Of a DNA stretch of 32,000 nucleotides, positions 9,897 through 19,504 are shown one piece after another. The DNA comes from Candidatus Thorarchaeota archaeon. GTDB taxonomy: Archaea > Asgardarchaeota > Thorarchaeia > Thorarchaeales > Thorarchaeaceae. Position 1 is the stretch's first letter. Every line of letters begins with the position of its first letter. The stretch spans positions 1-32,000 of the forward strand of contig SHMX01000006.1 of assembly GCA_008080745.1 (NCBI GenBank), given 5' to 3'. The translations under genes and the position numbers were made by a program. The notes under the pieces are model-generated. The model ran no database searches. It saw only the letters and a list, made by a program, of their open reading frames with translations, and was not told the DNA's origin.

Positions 9897-11597
9897 ATGG
9901 GAGGTTTCTTTCTAACCAACAATATAGCTCACCCGATTGAAAGAAATGTTATGAAACTATTGGAGAAAAAAAGCCAGGAAGTTGTCACCTATAATTTGGG
10001 AGAGTTTAGGCTTTATTACTTTAGAAGAGTAAATACTTGGGAAAGAGAATCCATATTTGAGCAGAGTGAAGACAAGATATTTGGTATTGGTACTATAATT
10101 TACAAAAATAGAGTTGGAACTCAAGCACTGAAACATATCTACCAAGACCTTATAGAATCAAACCATGATCTCGGAATTCTAAATGATATCAAAGGACATT
10201 ACAATATTATTCTGTACATTGACAGAGAGCTAAGCGTTATCACAGATAGAATTGGAGCATATCATTCTTTTGTGGCAAAAGAAGAAGATTCAATTTTCAT
10301 ATCCAGCTCTCTTTTTGCTATTGCAGAGAACCTTCATTCTTTGAGTATAAGAAAACAGGAAATAATGGAGTTTATTGCGTCAAAGGCATTTTATGGGCCT
10401 ACTACAATCTTCGAAGAAATAACTTTTTTACCATTTGGACATGTCCATAAGATGAAATCGTCCAACTTCGCTTCGTTTCCATTTCACCAAGATATGGGAC
10501 CTTTATCAGAATACACATTAGAAGATCACATGAATAGAATCAGGAGTCATCTAAAACCCCTAAAAGAATTACAGATATCGATTACAGCGGATATCTCTGG
10601 TGGATACGACTCCCGACTGGTCTGTGCCATCCTAAATCATATGAACATTGATTACACTCTAAGTACAAATACCAATTCGCAAGATTCTCTAGACTTGAAA
10701 ATTGCTTCTTTGATTGCCAAAGGTGAAGATAGACCACTTGTAGTCTATGAGAAAAATTTTGATAGAAATAATTACGAAACACTCATCGATAATTCAATAT
10801 TCATCAATGAATTGTTTAGAGGAGCATATGGATCCGAATATTCACATATTTTCTTCTCTGAGAAAACACGAGATTTTGATATGATATTAGGAGGATATGG
10901 TGGAGAGCTATATAGAGATACCAAGTACAAGGGTATTGCTGATTATGAAGAGTTGATTCGTAAAAAATACGTGCATAGAGATCTTGATGGAATCTTTTCT
11001 CATGACGATATTGAATTATTGCATCAAGACCTCAAAAGAAAAATGAGCGGATATGTTACTCACAATAATAATGAGTTATCAAAGATGGACTGTGAGAGAA
11101 TCTATTACTATCAAAGGATGATGTATTGGGGAGGGGCAAGAGTGAATATATTCAATGCATATGGATTAAGATATCATCCGTTACTAGAATACGAAGTTAT
11201 TCATCCCTTATTCTACATAGATGATAGTGAGAAGGGAAAGGGGAAATTCTTGATGCAGTTGATGGAGAAATTCGATCCAAGACTCGCATCTTATCCTTCA
11301 GGATACGGTCATAATTTCATTTGGTCAGAATATGAAGGAAAAAGAGAGCTACCCAATATTATCAATGTTCCATTGAATTTACTGTTTAAAGTATATAGAA
11401 AAATTACACAGCGGCATACGACCGTGACTCTAGATCAAGACAGGTCGGTTTGGCATAAAAAGATGAAGAACCATTTCCTAATTGAAAAATTATTCGACCA
11501 ATTTGATGCAAGAAAGAGTGAGAAATACCTAAGTACAATATACTCAGTAGAAGAAGTTCTGCGGACTTTTCAAGATAAGATCGAATGCTTTGGTTAA
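9897..11597 (+). CDS. Asparagine-synthetase-like (Ntn + PP-loop ATPase) amidoligase
   Basis: ADISGGYDSR PP-loop, LGGYGGELYRD, TDRIG Ntn-domain motif. The N-terminus is MGGFF, lacking the catalytic Cys. Confidence 0.75.
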   Translation: MGGFFLTNNIAHPIERNVMKLLEKKSQEVVTYNLGEFRLYYFRRVNTWERESIFEQSEDKIFGIGTIIYKNRVGTQALKHIYQDLIESNHDLGILNDIKGHYNIILYIDRELSVITDRIGAYHSFVAKEEDSIFISSSLFAIAENLHSLSIRKQEIMEFIASKAFYGPTTIFEEITFLPFGHVHKMKSSNFASFPFHQDMGPLSEYTLEDHMNRIRSHLKPLKELQISITADISGGYDSRLVCAILNHMNIDYTLSTNTNSQDSLDLKIASLIAKGEDRPLVVYEKNFDRNNYETLIDNSIFINELFRGAYGSEYSHIFFSEKTRDFDMILGGYGGELYRDTKYKGIADYEELIRKKYVHRDLDGIFSHDDIELLHQDLKRKMSGYVTHNNNELSKMDCERIYYYQRMMYWGGARVNIFNAYGLRYHPLLEYEVIHPLFYIDDSEKGKGKFLMQLMEKFDPRLASYPSGYGHNFIWSEYEGKRELPNIINVPLNLLFKVYRKITQRHTTVTLDQDRSVWHKKMKNHFLIEKLFDQFDARKSEKYLSTIYSVEEVLRTFQDKIECFG

Positions 11598-11962
11598 ATA
11601 TCCATTTTAACCAAATGAATAATAAATAATAACTCTACTAAAAAGATATTCGTTGAAAGCGGGATTCTTTCTTTAATCGTGTTCCACTCATCAAATCACA
11701 TTTTTGAGTTTCAAAATTGTTTGCATCAAATATACGCAAAACAAGCCTAGCACATCTAAATCTAAATTCCTACAAGAAATGGAATTCTTGTTGACTACCA
11801 ATGTCATAGGTAAAAGACAGGTATGAATTACCGCCCGCACCCCTCAAAATTTCCTCACTATTTCAAGTTTCAATTTATGTCCCAACTTTCAGGATATTAT
11901 AACAAAAACCACATAGATATTATAAGGTGGTTTGCCATCTTGGCTATTGGAGACCTAGTGCG

Positions 11963-13156
11963 TTGAAAGATTTAGTCATTGTTGGAGCTGGACCTGCTGG
12001 CAGTGTTTGTGCAATGTCCGCAGCTAAATTAGGTCTAGATGTTCTACTTGTGGATAAAACCCAATTTCCACGATTCAAATCTTGTGGCGGAGCATTGTCA
12101 AAGAGAACAAAGAAAAATTTAGGCCCAAAAGGAATCGATGCAATAAACTGTCAAAGTGAGGGCCTAACTGTTTTCTCTCCTAGCTATCACGAAGCGGATT
12201 ATGAAGAGAGAGACTCGCTTAATCTAGTTGTTCGAACTGAGTGGGATCATGCTGTCTTTCTTGATGCTCAGGATGCGGGTGCTGAAACTTTGGAAAACAC
12301 AATGGTAATCGATATTGAACCAAAAAAGACCTTCATAAGAGTACATCTCCAGGAAAAAGACCCAGTCAAAGCAAAGTATGTTGTTATTGCAGACGGAACC
12401 GGTCTACGTTCTTATAAGAAGAAGTTAGGCTTTACACAACCTTATGAATATATGGCCAGAACAGTCTGTGCTGAGAATCCTGTTGATAACCAAATTCTTG
12501 ATGACCATTTTGACGGAAAACGAAAAATTCAACTCTATTTCGGTGTAGTTCCCAGAGGATACGGGTGGGTATTTCCAAAGAGAGGATATCTCAATGTAGG
12601 AATTGGATTCAGTAATGAAGAAATTCCCGATATTTCTCAATTAGAAGTGTTTGATATATTCCTTGCCACTATGAAGAAAAGAGGTGTAGTTCCAGAAGAA
12701 TTTGATGGAAGTACCCGCAAGACCCACCCGGTTCCATTTAAGAAACCTTTTGATCCAATAGGTATTGGAAATATATTACTTGTCGGTGATGCAGGAGGAT
12801 TTGTTTCTCCTGTCACGGGAGAAGGTTTGTATTATGGCACAACAGCCGGGCGGATTGCAGCCGAAACAATCCATCAAGACATAGAGGGAAAACTAAGTGA
12901 CGACTTAGTTTCTACTTACAAAGAGAGATGGATGGAAGATTTCGGAGATGACCTAATCAACAAGGGTTTGTCCCTAGCAAATCTGGTATACAAATCTGTT
13001 CGCAGGATGGAACTATTAGTCAAGATGATGGCATCAGATGAAGAAACTTGTAAAGCAGCAGCAGAGATGATTATGGGTGCGAAGAGCTATGGAGAAGCTC
13101 GGAGTAAAGTATACCGAAGAGCTCCCATCTCGGTATTGAAATCATTACTCTCCTAA
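11963..13156 (+). CDS. Geranylgeranyl reductase family FAD-dependent oxidoreductase (archaeal lipid DGGGPL reductase-like)
   Basis: VIVGAGPAG, FPRFKSCGG, GYGWVFPK, LLVGDAGGFVSPVTGEGLYYG. Likely TTG start at 11963 after a GGAG RBS. Confidence 0.9.
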   Translation: MKDLVIVGAGPAGSVCAMSAAKLGLDVLLVDKTQFPRFKSCGGALSKRTKKNLGPKGIDAINCQSEGLTVFSPSYHEADYEERDSLNLVVRTEWDHAVFLDAQDAGAETLENTMVIDIEPKKTFIRVHLQEKDPVKAKYVVIADGTGLRSYKKKLGFTQPYEYMARTVCAENPVDNQILDDHFDGKRKIQLYFGVVPRGYGWVFPKRGYLNVGIGFSNEEIPDISQLEVFDIFLATMKKRGVVPEEFDGSTRKTHPVPFKKPFDPIGIGNILLVGDAGGFVSPVTGEGLYYGTTAGRIAAETIHQDIEGKLSDDLVSTYKERWMEDFGDDLINKGLSLANLVYKSVRRMELLVKMMASDEETCKAAAEMIMGAKSYGEARSKVYRRAPISVLKSLLS

Positions 13157-13764
13157 TAGACAGAGAATCCTGTTGATATTTCTTCAAACAAATGAGGATA
13201 CGTTTCTTTGACCGTAGTGAGATCTATCTCTTGAGGGATGAAGTATACTTGGAATTCGCAGTAGTTGTCACCCGCTGCCCTGCATTTGGTTTCACGACTA
13301 AGAATATTGTATTCACTATCTCGGGTGAGCATACTCCATGTTTGAGCTGCCCCCTGATAAGCTCCTGCTGGAAATTGACAGAACTTGTGAGGGAAAGAGA
13401 TATCTCGGCACCATGGTGAGTCATCGTCAGTAAAGGTGTAGAGATGTGCTTCTTTACCGTCAATCTCGATTTCTTCAAGAGTTTGCTCAGTCGGTTTATG
13501 TCCAGAAAACATAATCCAAGCCGCCTCACCATAAGCAGGAATTCTACCTACGTCGGGTTCTAGATGGGCTGAGAGCTCCATCATAAATTCATGACCTAAT
13601 TGAACTCCACCCTCAAAGACCATCTGAAGACTCTTTTCAGGTCCAACTATATCCAGAAGACTCGTCATGAGAAGATCATTGAGTTTTGTAAGCGTCATAG
13701 TGACTACTTTTTCGCTTCCAAATTTTTTCGCTTTTGAGGCTTGAATAATTAACCAATTTTTCAT
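13153..13764 (-). CDS. V4R-domain protein (V4R/Bet3-like fold)
   Basis: FCQFPAGAYQGA...ETKCRAAGDNYCEFQV is the V4R Cys signature; helical N-half (GGVQLGHEFM). Overlaps the GGR stop convergently by 4 bp. Confidence 0.8.
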   Translation of the reverse strand: MKNWLIIQASKAKKFGSEKVVTMTLTKLNDLLMTSLLDIVGPEKSLQMVFEGGVQLGHEFMMELSAHLEPDVGRIPAYGEAAWIMFSGHKPTEQTLEEIEIDGKEAHLYTFTDDDSPWCRDISFPHKFCQFPAGAYQGAAQTWSMLTRDSEYNILSRETKCRAAGDNYCEFQVYFIPQEIDLTTVKETYPHLFEEISTGFSVY

Positions 13765-13765
13765 T

Positions 13766-14209
13766 TTATTCTACCACCGTTTTAACAGATTCCAATCTTT
13801 CTAATTTTACAAGCTGCTCGCAGAGTATCTTTACTCTAATAGCAGGAATGTCCAGTATTTGTGCAAGCTCGGCCACACTTTTTTCTCCATCTGCTAGTGC
13901 AACAATTGTAACTTGAGCGTTATCCAAATCATCCAAAGGAACTTTCGTTTGCTTAGGAACAGGTATATGTCTTCTTTGATATTTCTTTGGAGCAGCCTCG
14001 GCTTCTTGAATTCGTTGAACAATATCCGCAGCACTTGTGGCACGAACATTATATGACTTATCAATAAAAACAGTCACAGCGTGTTCAGGAGAGCCATGAG
14101 TCACTAATACAGGAACTGGATTTCTTTGTGCCCCCTGAATTTTTTCTTCGCTGACTTCTATTGTTTCCGTCTTCTTGCAAATTGGACAAGTGAATTGAAC
14201 AGAGGGCAT
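13766..14209 (-). CDS. Zn-binding (CPIC...H..PEH) domain plus C-terminal winged-helix protein
   Basis: MPSVQFTCPICK start at ATG 14209, 7 bp after the GTPase stop; LADGEKSVAELAQILDIPAIRVKILCEQLVKLERL is wHTH-like. Confidence 0.7.
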   Translation of the reverse strand: MPSVQFTCPICKKTETIEVSEEKIQGAQRNPVPVLVTHGSPEHAVTVFIDKSYNVRATSAADIVQRIQEAEAAPKKYQRRHIPVPKQTKVPLDDLDNAQVTIVALADGEKSVAELAQILDIPAIRVKILCEQLVKLERLESVKTVVE

Positions 14210-14216
14210 ACAATCA

Positions 14217-14774
14217 CTAATCCCGAGAACTCGTAAGAATCTTACTCTTATCATGAGAATATTCATTTTTGGACTTGATAGCTTGAACAATCCAACGTTC
14301 AAGTTCATCGATATTCTCACCTGTCTTTGAACTCACTTTCAACCAAGGCATGTTATAGCGTTTTGATATTTCAGCAATTTCTGAATCTGATATTTCAGCA
14401 TCCAGATCAGATTTATTTGCTACAAGTATTCGCCCCTTTTTCGGGACATGATCGATGAAATTTATCCATTCTTCAATCTCAACTAGAGAACTATAACGAG
14501 CCAAGTCGATGGTTACCAGACAGACCTTAGAGCCTACTGAGAATTCTTCTTGAAAAGACCGAAATCGATCTTGACCTCCAAGATCAAAGGTAACAACCTT
14601 GAATCTGGATCCATCAATTTCATCCTCCAGCTCACAGGTAGATATGTCAAGGCCAACTGTCATGGTAGATTCAGTATAGGTGCTATCTACGAGTCGAGAT
14701 GCAAGACTAGTCTTCCCGACCCCTCCCGAACCTACGAGTAATAGCTTAGTGATATTAGGGGATTTCTCACTCAC
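14217..14774 (-). CDS. Rab-like small GTPase
   Basis: G1 GSGGVGKTS, G2 MTVGLD, G3 FDLGGQDRF, G4 NKSD, G5 SSK. GTG start at 14774 after a GGTGA RBS. No C-terminal prenylation cysteines. Confidence 0.93.
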   Translation of the reverse strand: MSEKSPNITKLLLVGSGGVGKTSLASRLVDSTYTESTMTVGLDISTCELEDEIDGSRFKVVTFDLGGQDRFRSFQEEFSVGSKVCLVTIDLARYSSLVEIEEWINFIDHVPKKGRILVANKSDLDAEISDSEIAEISKRYNMPWLKVSSKTGENIDELERWIVQAIKSKNEYSHDKSKILTSSRD

Positions 14775-15002
14775 GTTGCTCACCAGGTGGTCGCACGAAT
14801 TGCATCCAGATTGCAAACAAACCGCCTATTAGATATATTGATTTTTTATGGGATGAATGAAGATATCACATACTGTTTCTTTTTTTTCCAGACACAAAGA
14901 TGTAAAATTCCAGATATTAAACTAGGAATTTAATTAGAAGTTTTTTGGCTAGATGGTTACGATATACTATGTCACACTTTGAGTATATTAAGTTGTATTA
15001 GT

Positions 15003-16220
15003 CTAAATCATTGTAAGAAGATATTCTTTCATTGCCTGCGACATTTCAACAGAATATTTAGATTCATTTCCAATTTGCAACTCTAATCCAATTCGTTTCA
15101 GAGCATTCTTAATCTCCTCCATCTGGTAATCCTTGGCTTTGAGACCCATCTCTAATGCTCTGAGGATTTCATAACCATACTGTGTCACCCAAAGAGGTTT
15201 CAAATCATAATATTGGTGATAAACTTGAAAATCATCAAAGTCCTGTACTTCCACTGATTTAGCAATCACTAGATTGTTAATCTCTTGATTTCTTCTGTCA
15301 ACTATAAAGGGAACCATAATGACCCCACTCGAAGATTGAAGTCGCTCTATGTCGATATGTCTAGTTGGACCATTGTTCTTTATTTGTTCAACCATGCAGC
15401 TCTCTAAGACTTTCTTCACTTGATTGACCACCTTTCCAAAGTCATACGAATTGGGAATCTTTTGAAGATACGGACGGAGATCTCCATCATATACTCCAAG
15501 ATCACCAAGACCAAAAGCTGTCATCCATTTGTGTTGCATGCTAATCAGAGAAGTTCCTTCAAGTCTTATTCTTTTATTCATCATAGAAAACAAAGCGTTC
15601 CATCCTTTCTTTTCTACAAAATCAACTAGAACCACAGAGGGGTAAAACCAGTCACAATAAAAATCAGCATTTCGAATTGCAGGATGAAATGTAAGAACGC
15701 TATCCGCATGTGCATTTCCCTCTACAGTGAGTTCTGTCAGATTCTCACACCAAACTAGTGGGGTTAAATTTGTACTTAGATGATGACTGGAACGGGTAAA
15801 ATGAAAACTGCGTAACTGATCACATTTCGATAAAGGTTCCAAGTTTAATTCTCGAAGAGCACCATTCCAACGAATCTCTAATCGTTGAAGGTTTCTACAT
15901 TGCGCCAATGGTTGCAAATCTAATTGCTTCAAGCTAGTATTGTAATTTAGTTTGAATTCTATGAGATTTGGACATTCTGCTAAAGGTTGCAAATCTATCT
16001 CTTTCAAGCTCCAGAGATGTGAGATTTCAAGACTCCTCAGATTCTGGCATTGTGGCAATACTCGGAGATCTATCTCTTGCAGTCGTTCTCCATGATTGAT
16101 CTTCACAGAAACAAGACTCTCCTGTTTTCTAAGAAAACTCAAATCAATTTCTGTAATACTGTTGTGACGCGGAATATCAGTTGAAAGATTGAAATGTGTG
16201 ATTTCGGATTCTTGATTCAC
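15003..16220 (-). CDS. Leucine-rich repeat protein (25-aa Cys-containing repeats) with C-terminal helical domain
   Basis: LQEIDLRVLPQCQNLRSLEISHLWS / LKEIDLQPLAECPNLIEFKLNYNTS / LKQLDLQPLAQCRNLQRLEIRWNGA repeats. Confidence 0.88.
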   Translation of the reverse strand: MNQESEITHFNLSTDIPRHNSITEIDLSFLRKQESLVSVKINHGERLQEIDLRVLPQCQNLRSLEISHLWSLKEIDLQPLAECPNLIEFKLNYNTSLKQLDLQPLAQCRNLQRLEIRWNGALRELNLEPLSKCDQLRSFHFTRSSHHLSTNLTPLVWCENLTELTVEGNAHADSVLTFHPAIRNADFYCDWFYPSVVLVDFVEKKGWNALFSMMNKRIRLEGTSLISMQHKWMTAFGLGDLGVYDGDLRPYLQKIPNSYDFGKVVNQVKKVLESCMVEQIKNNGPTRHIDIERLQSSSGVIMVPFIVDRRNQEINNLVIAKSVEVQDFDDFQVYHQYYDLKPLWVTQYGYEILRALEMGLKAKDYQMEEIKNALKRIGLELQIGNESKYSVEMSQAMKEYLLTMI

Positions 16221-16331
16221 AATAGATATTTACAAAATACATCCTATTGAATCTCACTCTTTGTTCTTCGATTATTTTGCTATGACCGATTGCTTATTTT
16301 ACGTGGTGTATAATTATTCCAAGGAAGAGTC

Positions 16332-17609
16332 ATGAGAAGAAGTGGGATATATCTAGTTGTATTCCTTTTATTGGGATTACAATTGCAGATTGTAGGAGAT
16401 TCTGAGTTTCGATATAATTACCATATTGTGGATACTCCCACAGCAAGTAGTACATACACATTGGTAGATTATATTGCAATTAATGGAAATACAGATTTTC
16501 TGAATCATGTTGAAAAATTCAATTGGACAGGTTCTGGCACAGCTGAAGACCCATTCATTATTGAGAACTACAACATAACCAATAACAGGCATCTTTTTCG
16601 AGTTGTAAATACCGATTATCATTTCATCCTTCAAAATTGTTGGTTGGATGGTATTGACAACTCTTGGTGTGGTTTATACCTCGCAGAGGTAACTAATGCC
16701 ATCATCAGAAACATTACAGTAAAAAACGCAGCAATTGGGATGCACATGTTACAACTAAATGACTCTATTATTGAGAGCTGCGAAATATATTATAATACCA
16801 ACATGGGTATTGCATTAGAATTGACCTGTAAACAAAATCAAATTCTAAACAATAGTATACATAATAATAACGAGGGGGGCATTTGGTTAGACTGGTTCAA
16901 TTCCCAAAATATTATTCAGGGGAATAAAATACATAATAATGCCATTGCAGGCCTTCGTTTGCTTGAGGATACCTATAACAATACCATTACCGAGAACCAC
17001 ATTTTCGAGAACAGTGGTTATGGGATAATCGCTCTTGGAAATGAATCTGATATTTTCAAAAACAACATAACACGAAATACTGCATCGGGTATTCTAATTC
17101 AGGGAGATGAATTCCATATCTATCAAAATATTATATGGAAAAACAATCGAATGGGAATCTGGGTAACCTACAAAGCCAGTCAGAATGAGATATCCAGAAA
17201 CACAATTCTCAATTCTACCAGCTATGCAATAAGAATGGACAGGAGAACCACAGACAATCACATCCACCACAATGATTTCCTTCATAATGGAGATAAATAC
17301 CAATGTAAGGATGATGGAGCAAATAATGTCTTTGAGTGGAACTATTATAATCCTTGGAATACTACTGATGCTAATGGAGATCAAGTGGTTGATTTTCCGT
17401 ATCTAATAGAGGGATTGACAAACAATACGGATTCATTCCCATCTCTAGTGCCAAATACAGAGATTCCCTCTTGGTACGAGTATAACCCCAATGAACCCGC
17501 AGGAATCCCCGAATCTATCCTTCTCGTTCTACCAGCTATAGCATCAGGAACTGCAGTGGTGGTGATAGTTATAGGATTCGTCTGGTGGAGAAATAAACCA
17601 AAGGAGTAA
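16332..17609 (+). CDS. Membrane-anchored parallel beta-helix (NosD/pectin-lyase-like) surface protein
   Basis: Signal peptide, repeated N-x-I-x-N-N-x-x-x-G-I motifs, C-terminal TM followed by RNKPKE. Confidence 0.85.
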   Translation: MRRSGIYLVVFLLLGLQLQIVGDSEFRYNYHIVDTPTASSTYTLVDYIAINGNTDFLNHVEKFNWTGSGTAEDPFIIENYNITNNRHLFRVVNTDYHFILQNCWLDGIDNSWCGLYLAEVTNAIIRNITVKNAAIGMHMLQLNDSIIESCEIYYNTNMGIALELTCKQNQILNNSIHNNNEGGIWLDWFNSQNIIQGNKIHNNAIAGLRLLEDTYNNTITENHIFENSGYGIIALGNESDIFKNNITRNTASGILIQGDEFHIYQNIIWKNNRMGIWVTYKASQNEISRNTILNSTSYAIRMDRRTTDNHIHHNDFLHNGDKYQCKDDGANNVFEWNYYNPWNTTDANGDQVVDFPYLIEGLTNNTDSFPSLVPNTEIPSWYEYNPNEPAGIPESILLVLPAIASGTAVVVIVIGFVWWRNKPKE

Positions 17610-17695
17610 CAAGTATTTATCTCAGAAATATCTCAATATTAAATACAGGTTAATATTTATCAGTTTTCGATAGATGAATGCTCTCGGTGTGAGGA

Positions 17696-18175
17696 TTGGA
17701 ATCAAATCAAAAAAGAATCCTTTCAGTTATATCACTAGTATTGAGTTTTCTCCTCCCATTCATGATAGCAATTGGCCCAATGGTGGGAAATGAGTATTTT
17801 ATGATTTATGCACCTCTATGGATATTTTATGAGGCCGGAACAGAAACATACTTTGGGTTCAGTCCTATGATGCTAATGATAGTGCTGTATTGGATTCCGT
17901 ATGTAATAGCAACATATCAGATTCCAAGATTAGCAGAAGGGAAAATAGACTCGTTCAAAACTCTTGTAAGAAATGTTCTTATCCTGACGATAATTGGCAT
18001 AATTCTGACTCTCCCTCTTTCTTTCGTCCCCAGTGGTATGAGTGGAGGAATAGAGTACTACACCACGATGGTTCCATTGCCATTCGCTTCGATTCTATCA
18101 GTATTATTTGGATATGTTGTAAAACCCCGGAAGATTGAATCTCCATGGGATAAAGAGAGTTCACCTGACAAGTGA
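17696..18175 (+). CDS. Hypothetical 4-TM membrane protein
   Basis: Four hydrophobic segments, charged tail KPRKIESPWDKE; TTG start. Confidence 0.7.
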   Translation: MESNQKRILSVISLVLSFLLPFMIAIGPMVGNEYFMIYAPLWIFYEAGTETYFGFSPMMLMIVLYWIPYVIATYQIPRLAEGKIDSFKTLVRNVLILTIIGIILTLPLSFVPSGMSGGIEYYTTMVPLPFASILSVLFGYVVKPRKIESPWDKESSPDK

Positions 18176-18209
18176 AAATAGTTCAACTAGATCTAAAGTG
18201 ATAGTAGTC

Positions 18210-19496
18210 CTATCTAAGAGATACTATAGCCAGACTATGTGCCTCTGCCAACTTACCAATATCCTTGATAGGTTTAGAACCATACAATTCTAAACCAGCT
18301 AATTCATAGAGTCTGGTGAGTTCTGAAAGATTCTTTCTGGAATTAACAACATCATACAACTCATCACGGCCTAATTCATACCGAGAGGCCTCTTCAATTA
18401 GATACTCACAATTATCCCAAATTTTCTGGAGAATCAAGAGTAATGGTTTGGATTGAGCAATGAGCTTGTAGTCTTCTGGATATTTTTGTCTTGCAATTTT
18501 CAGATACATTTGGGTATAGAGCATGAATTTCAGTAGCCTATGAGTTATACTGGGAGAATCAGAAGGCATTTGATCAATCAGTCGCAGCGTTGTTCTGAGA
18601 CCTCGACAATATGCATTTAATTCATTCAATACCGATTGGAAATCCTGTTTTCCTGAATGGCCCAGATACTCTGAATCGAAATCATCACGATCATCCAGCG
18701 CCTGAAGAATCTCTTGGCGATAGAATAGGCTTCTGGGGATACTACAACCGATAGCATGGTCATCAATAAGATAGATGTATCCCGACCCACCTTCAGGTAT
18801 GCGTAGGTGTTTATCACGAATAACATATTGAATTGTTGAACCAACATGTGTCAATTCATGTACGAGGGTCTCAGAGTTCATAACCAAATCATCAGTTGAA
18901 TCAACGAACATCAGAAAGACGTCTGGTTCCATCATACCAATCTTTACCGCAATCCAGTATCCTTGTTCATCTCTAGTGTCCAAAGCATCGAGAACACTCT
19001 CAGCCCAATCTATTTTATCAGATGAGTCGGTCTTCTTTTTTAGAAGCTTGATCAGTTTCTTTCGTTCAGAAGATGAAACCGAATAGTCACCTACAGACTT
19101 CAAAGGTTTAGGTTCAGAGCTGAAGGTTGGTTCACCACCATCTATCATTGGAAGACCGTCTTCTATCACTTTCCCTACACAATAACCAGGGAAATGATAG
19201 TTGCCCTTCTTGTCAACAGCAAATACATAATAGCTATAGGAGGTCTTGGGTTCTACCTCTCGATCCACTAACATGGTAGCTGAATCATCAAGCGTAAAGA
19301 TGAACAGTTCATTGAAATCACCGCTTCCTTCGATTAACTCGGAACAACCTGTCTTATAGTCATATGTCATTGATCGGAAGACTTTCCATTCTTTGATCTT
19401 CACATCATCCTTAGGTGGGCGGAAAGAAATGAAAGCACCCTCTTTTCTGGTTCGGATTTTTGTAGGCCGAAGCGATTCATTTGGATATCTTACCAT
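18210..19496 (-). CDS. FN3-like domain fused to a putative zinc metallopeptidase (zincin)
   Basis: N-terminal ~126 aa ending YSYYVFAVDKKG (FN3-like); LVHELTH at 18846-18860 and downstream NELNAY as a possible third Zn ligand; no signal peptide. Confidence 0.65.
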   Translation of the reverse strand: MVRYPNESLRPTKIRTRKEGAFISFRPPKDDVKIKEWKVFRSMTYDYKTGCSELIEGSGDFNELFIFTLDDSATMLVDREVEPKTSYSYYVFAVDKKGNYHFPGYCVGKVIEDGLPMIDGGEPTFSSEPKPLKSVGDYSVSSSERKKLIKLLKKKTDSSDKIDWAESVLDALDTRDEQGYWIAVKIGMMEPDVFLMFVDSTDDLVMNSETLVHELTHVGSTIQYVIRDKHLRIPEGGSGYIYLIDDHAIGCSIPRSLFYRQEILQALDDRDDFDSEYLGHSGKQDFQSVLNELNAYCRGLRTTLRLIDQMPSDSPSITHRLLKFMLYTQMYLKIARQKYPEDYKLIAQSKPLLLILQKIWDNCEYLIEEASRYELGRDELYDVVNSRKNLSELTRLYELAGLELYGSKPIKDIGKLAEAHSLAIVSLR

Positions 19497-19504
19497 TTTA
19501 AGAC

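Noticed and set aside
11963-13156. GGR as part of the carotenoid cluster
   Set aside because: It lies about 9 kb away with unrelated genes between; its ordinary role in archaeal lipid saturation explains it.
14210-14320. N-terminal extension of the Zn-wHTH ORF overlapping the GTPase
   Set aside because: ATG 14209, 7 bp after the GTPase stop, is the more plausible start; the extension looks like non-coding-frame sequence.
14217-16220. LRR + GTPase as a frameshifted single Roco gene
   Set aside because: Both have clean stops and starts, there is a ~230-bp AT-rich spacer, the GTPase has its own RBS, and no COR domain is evident.
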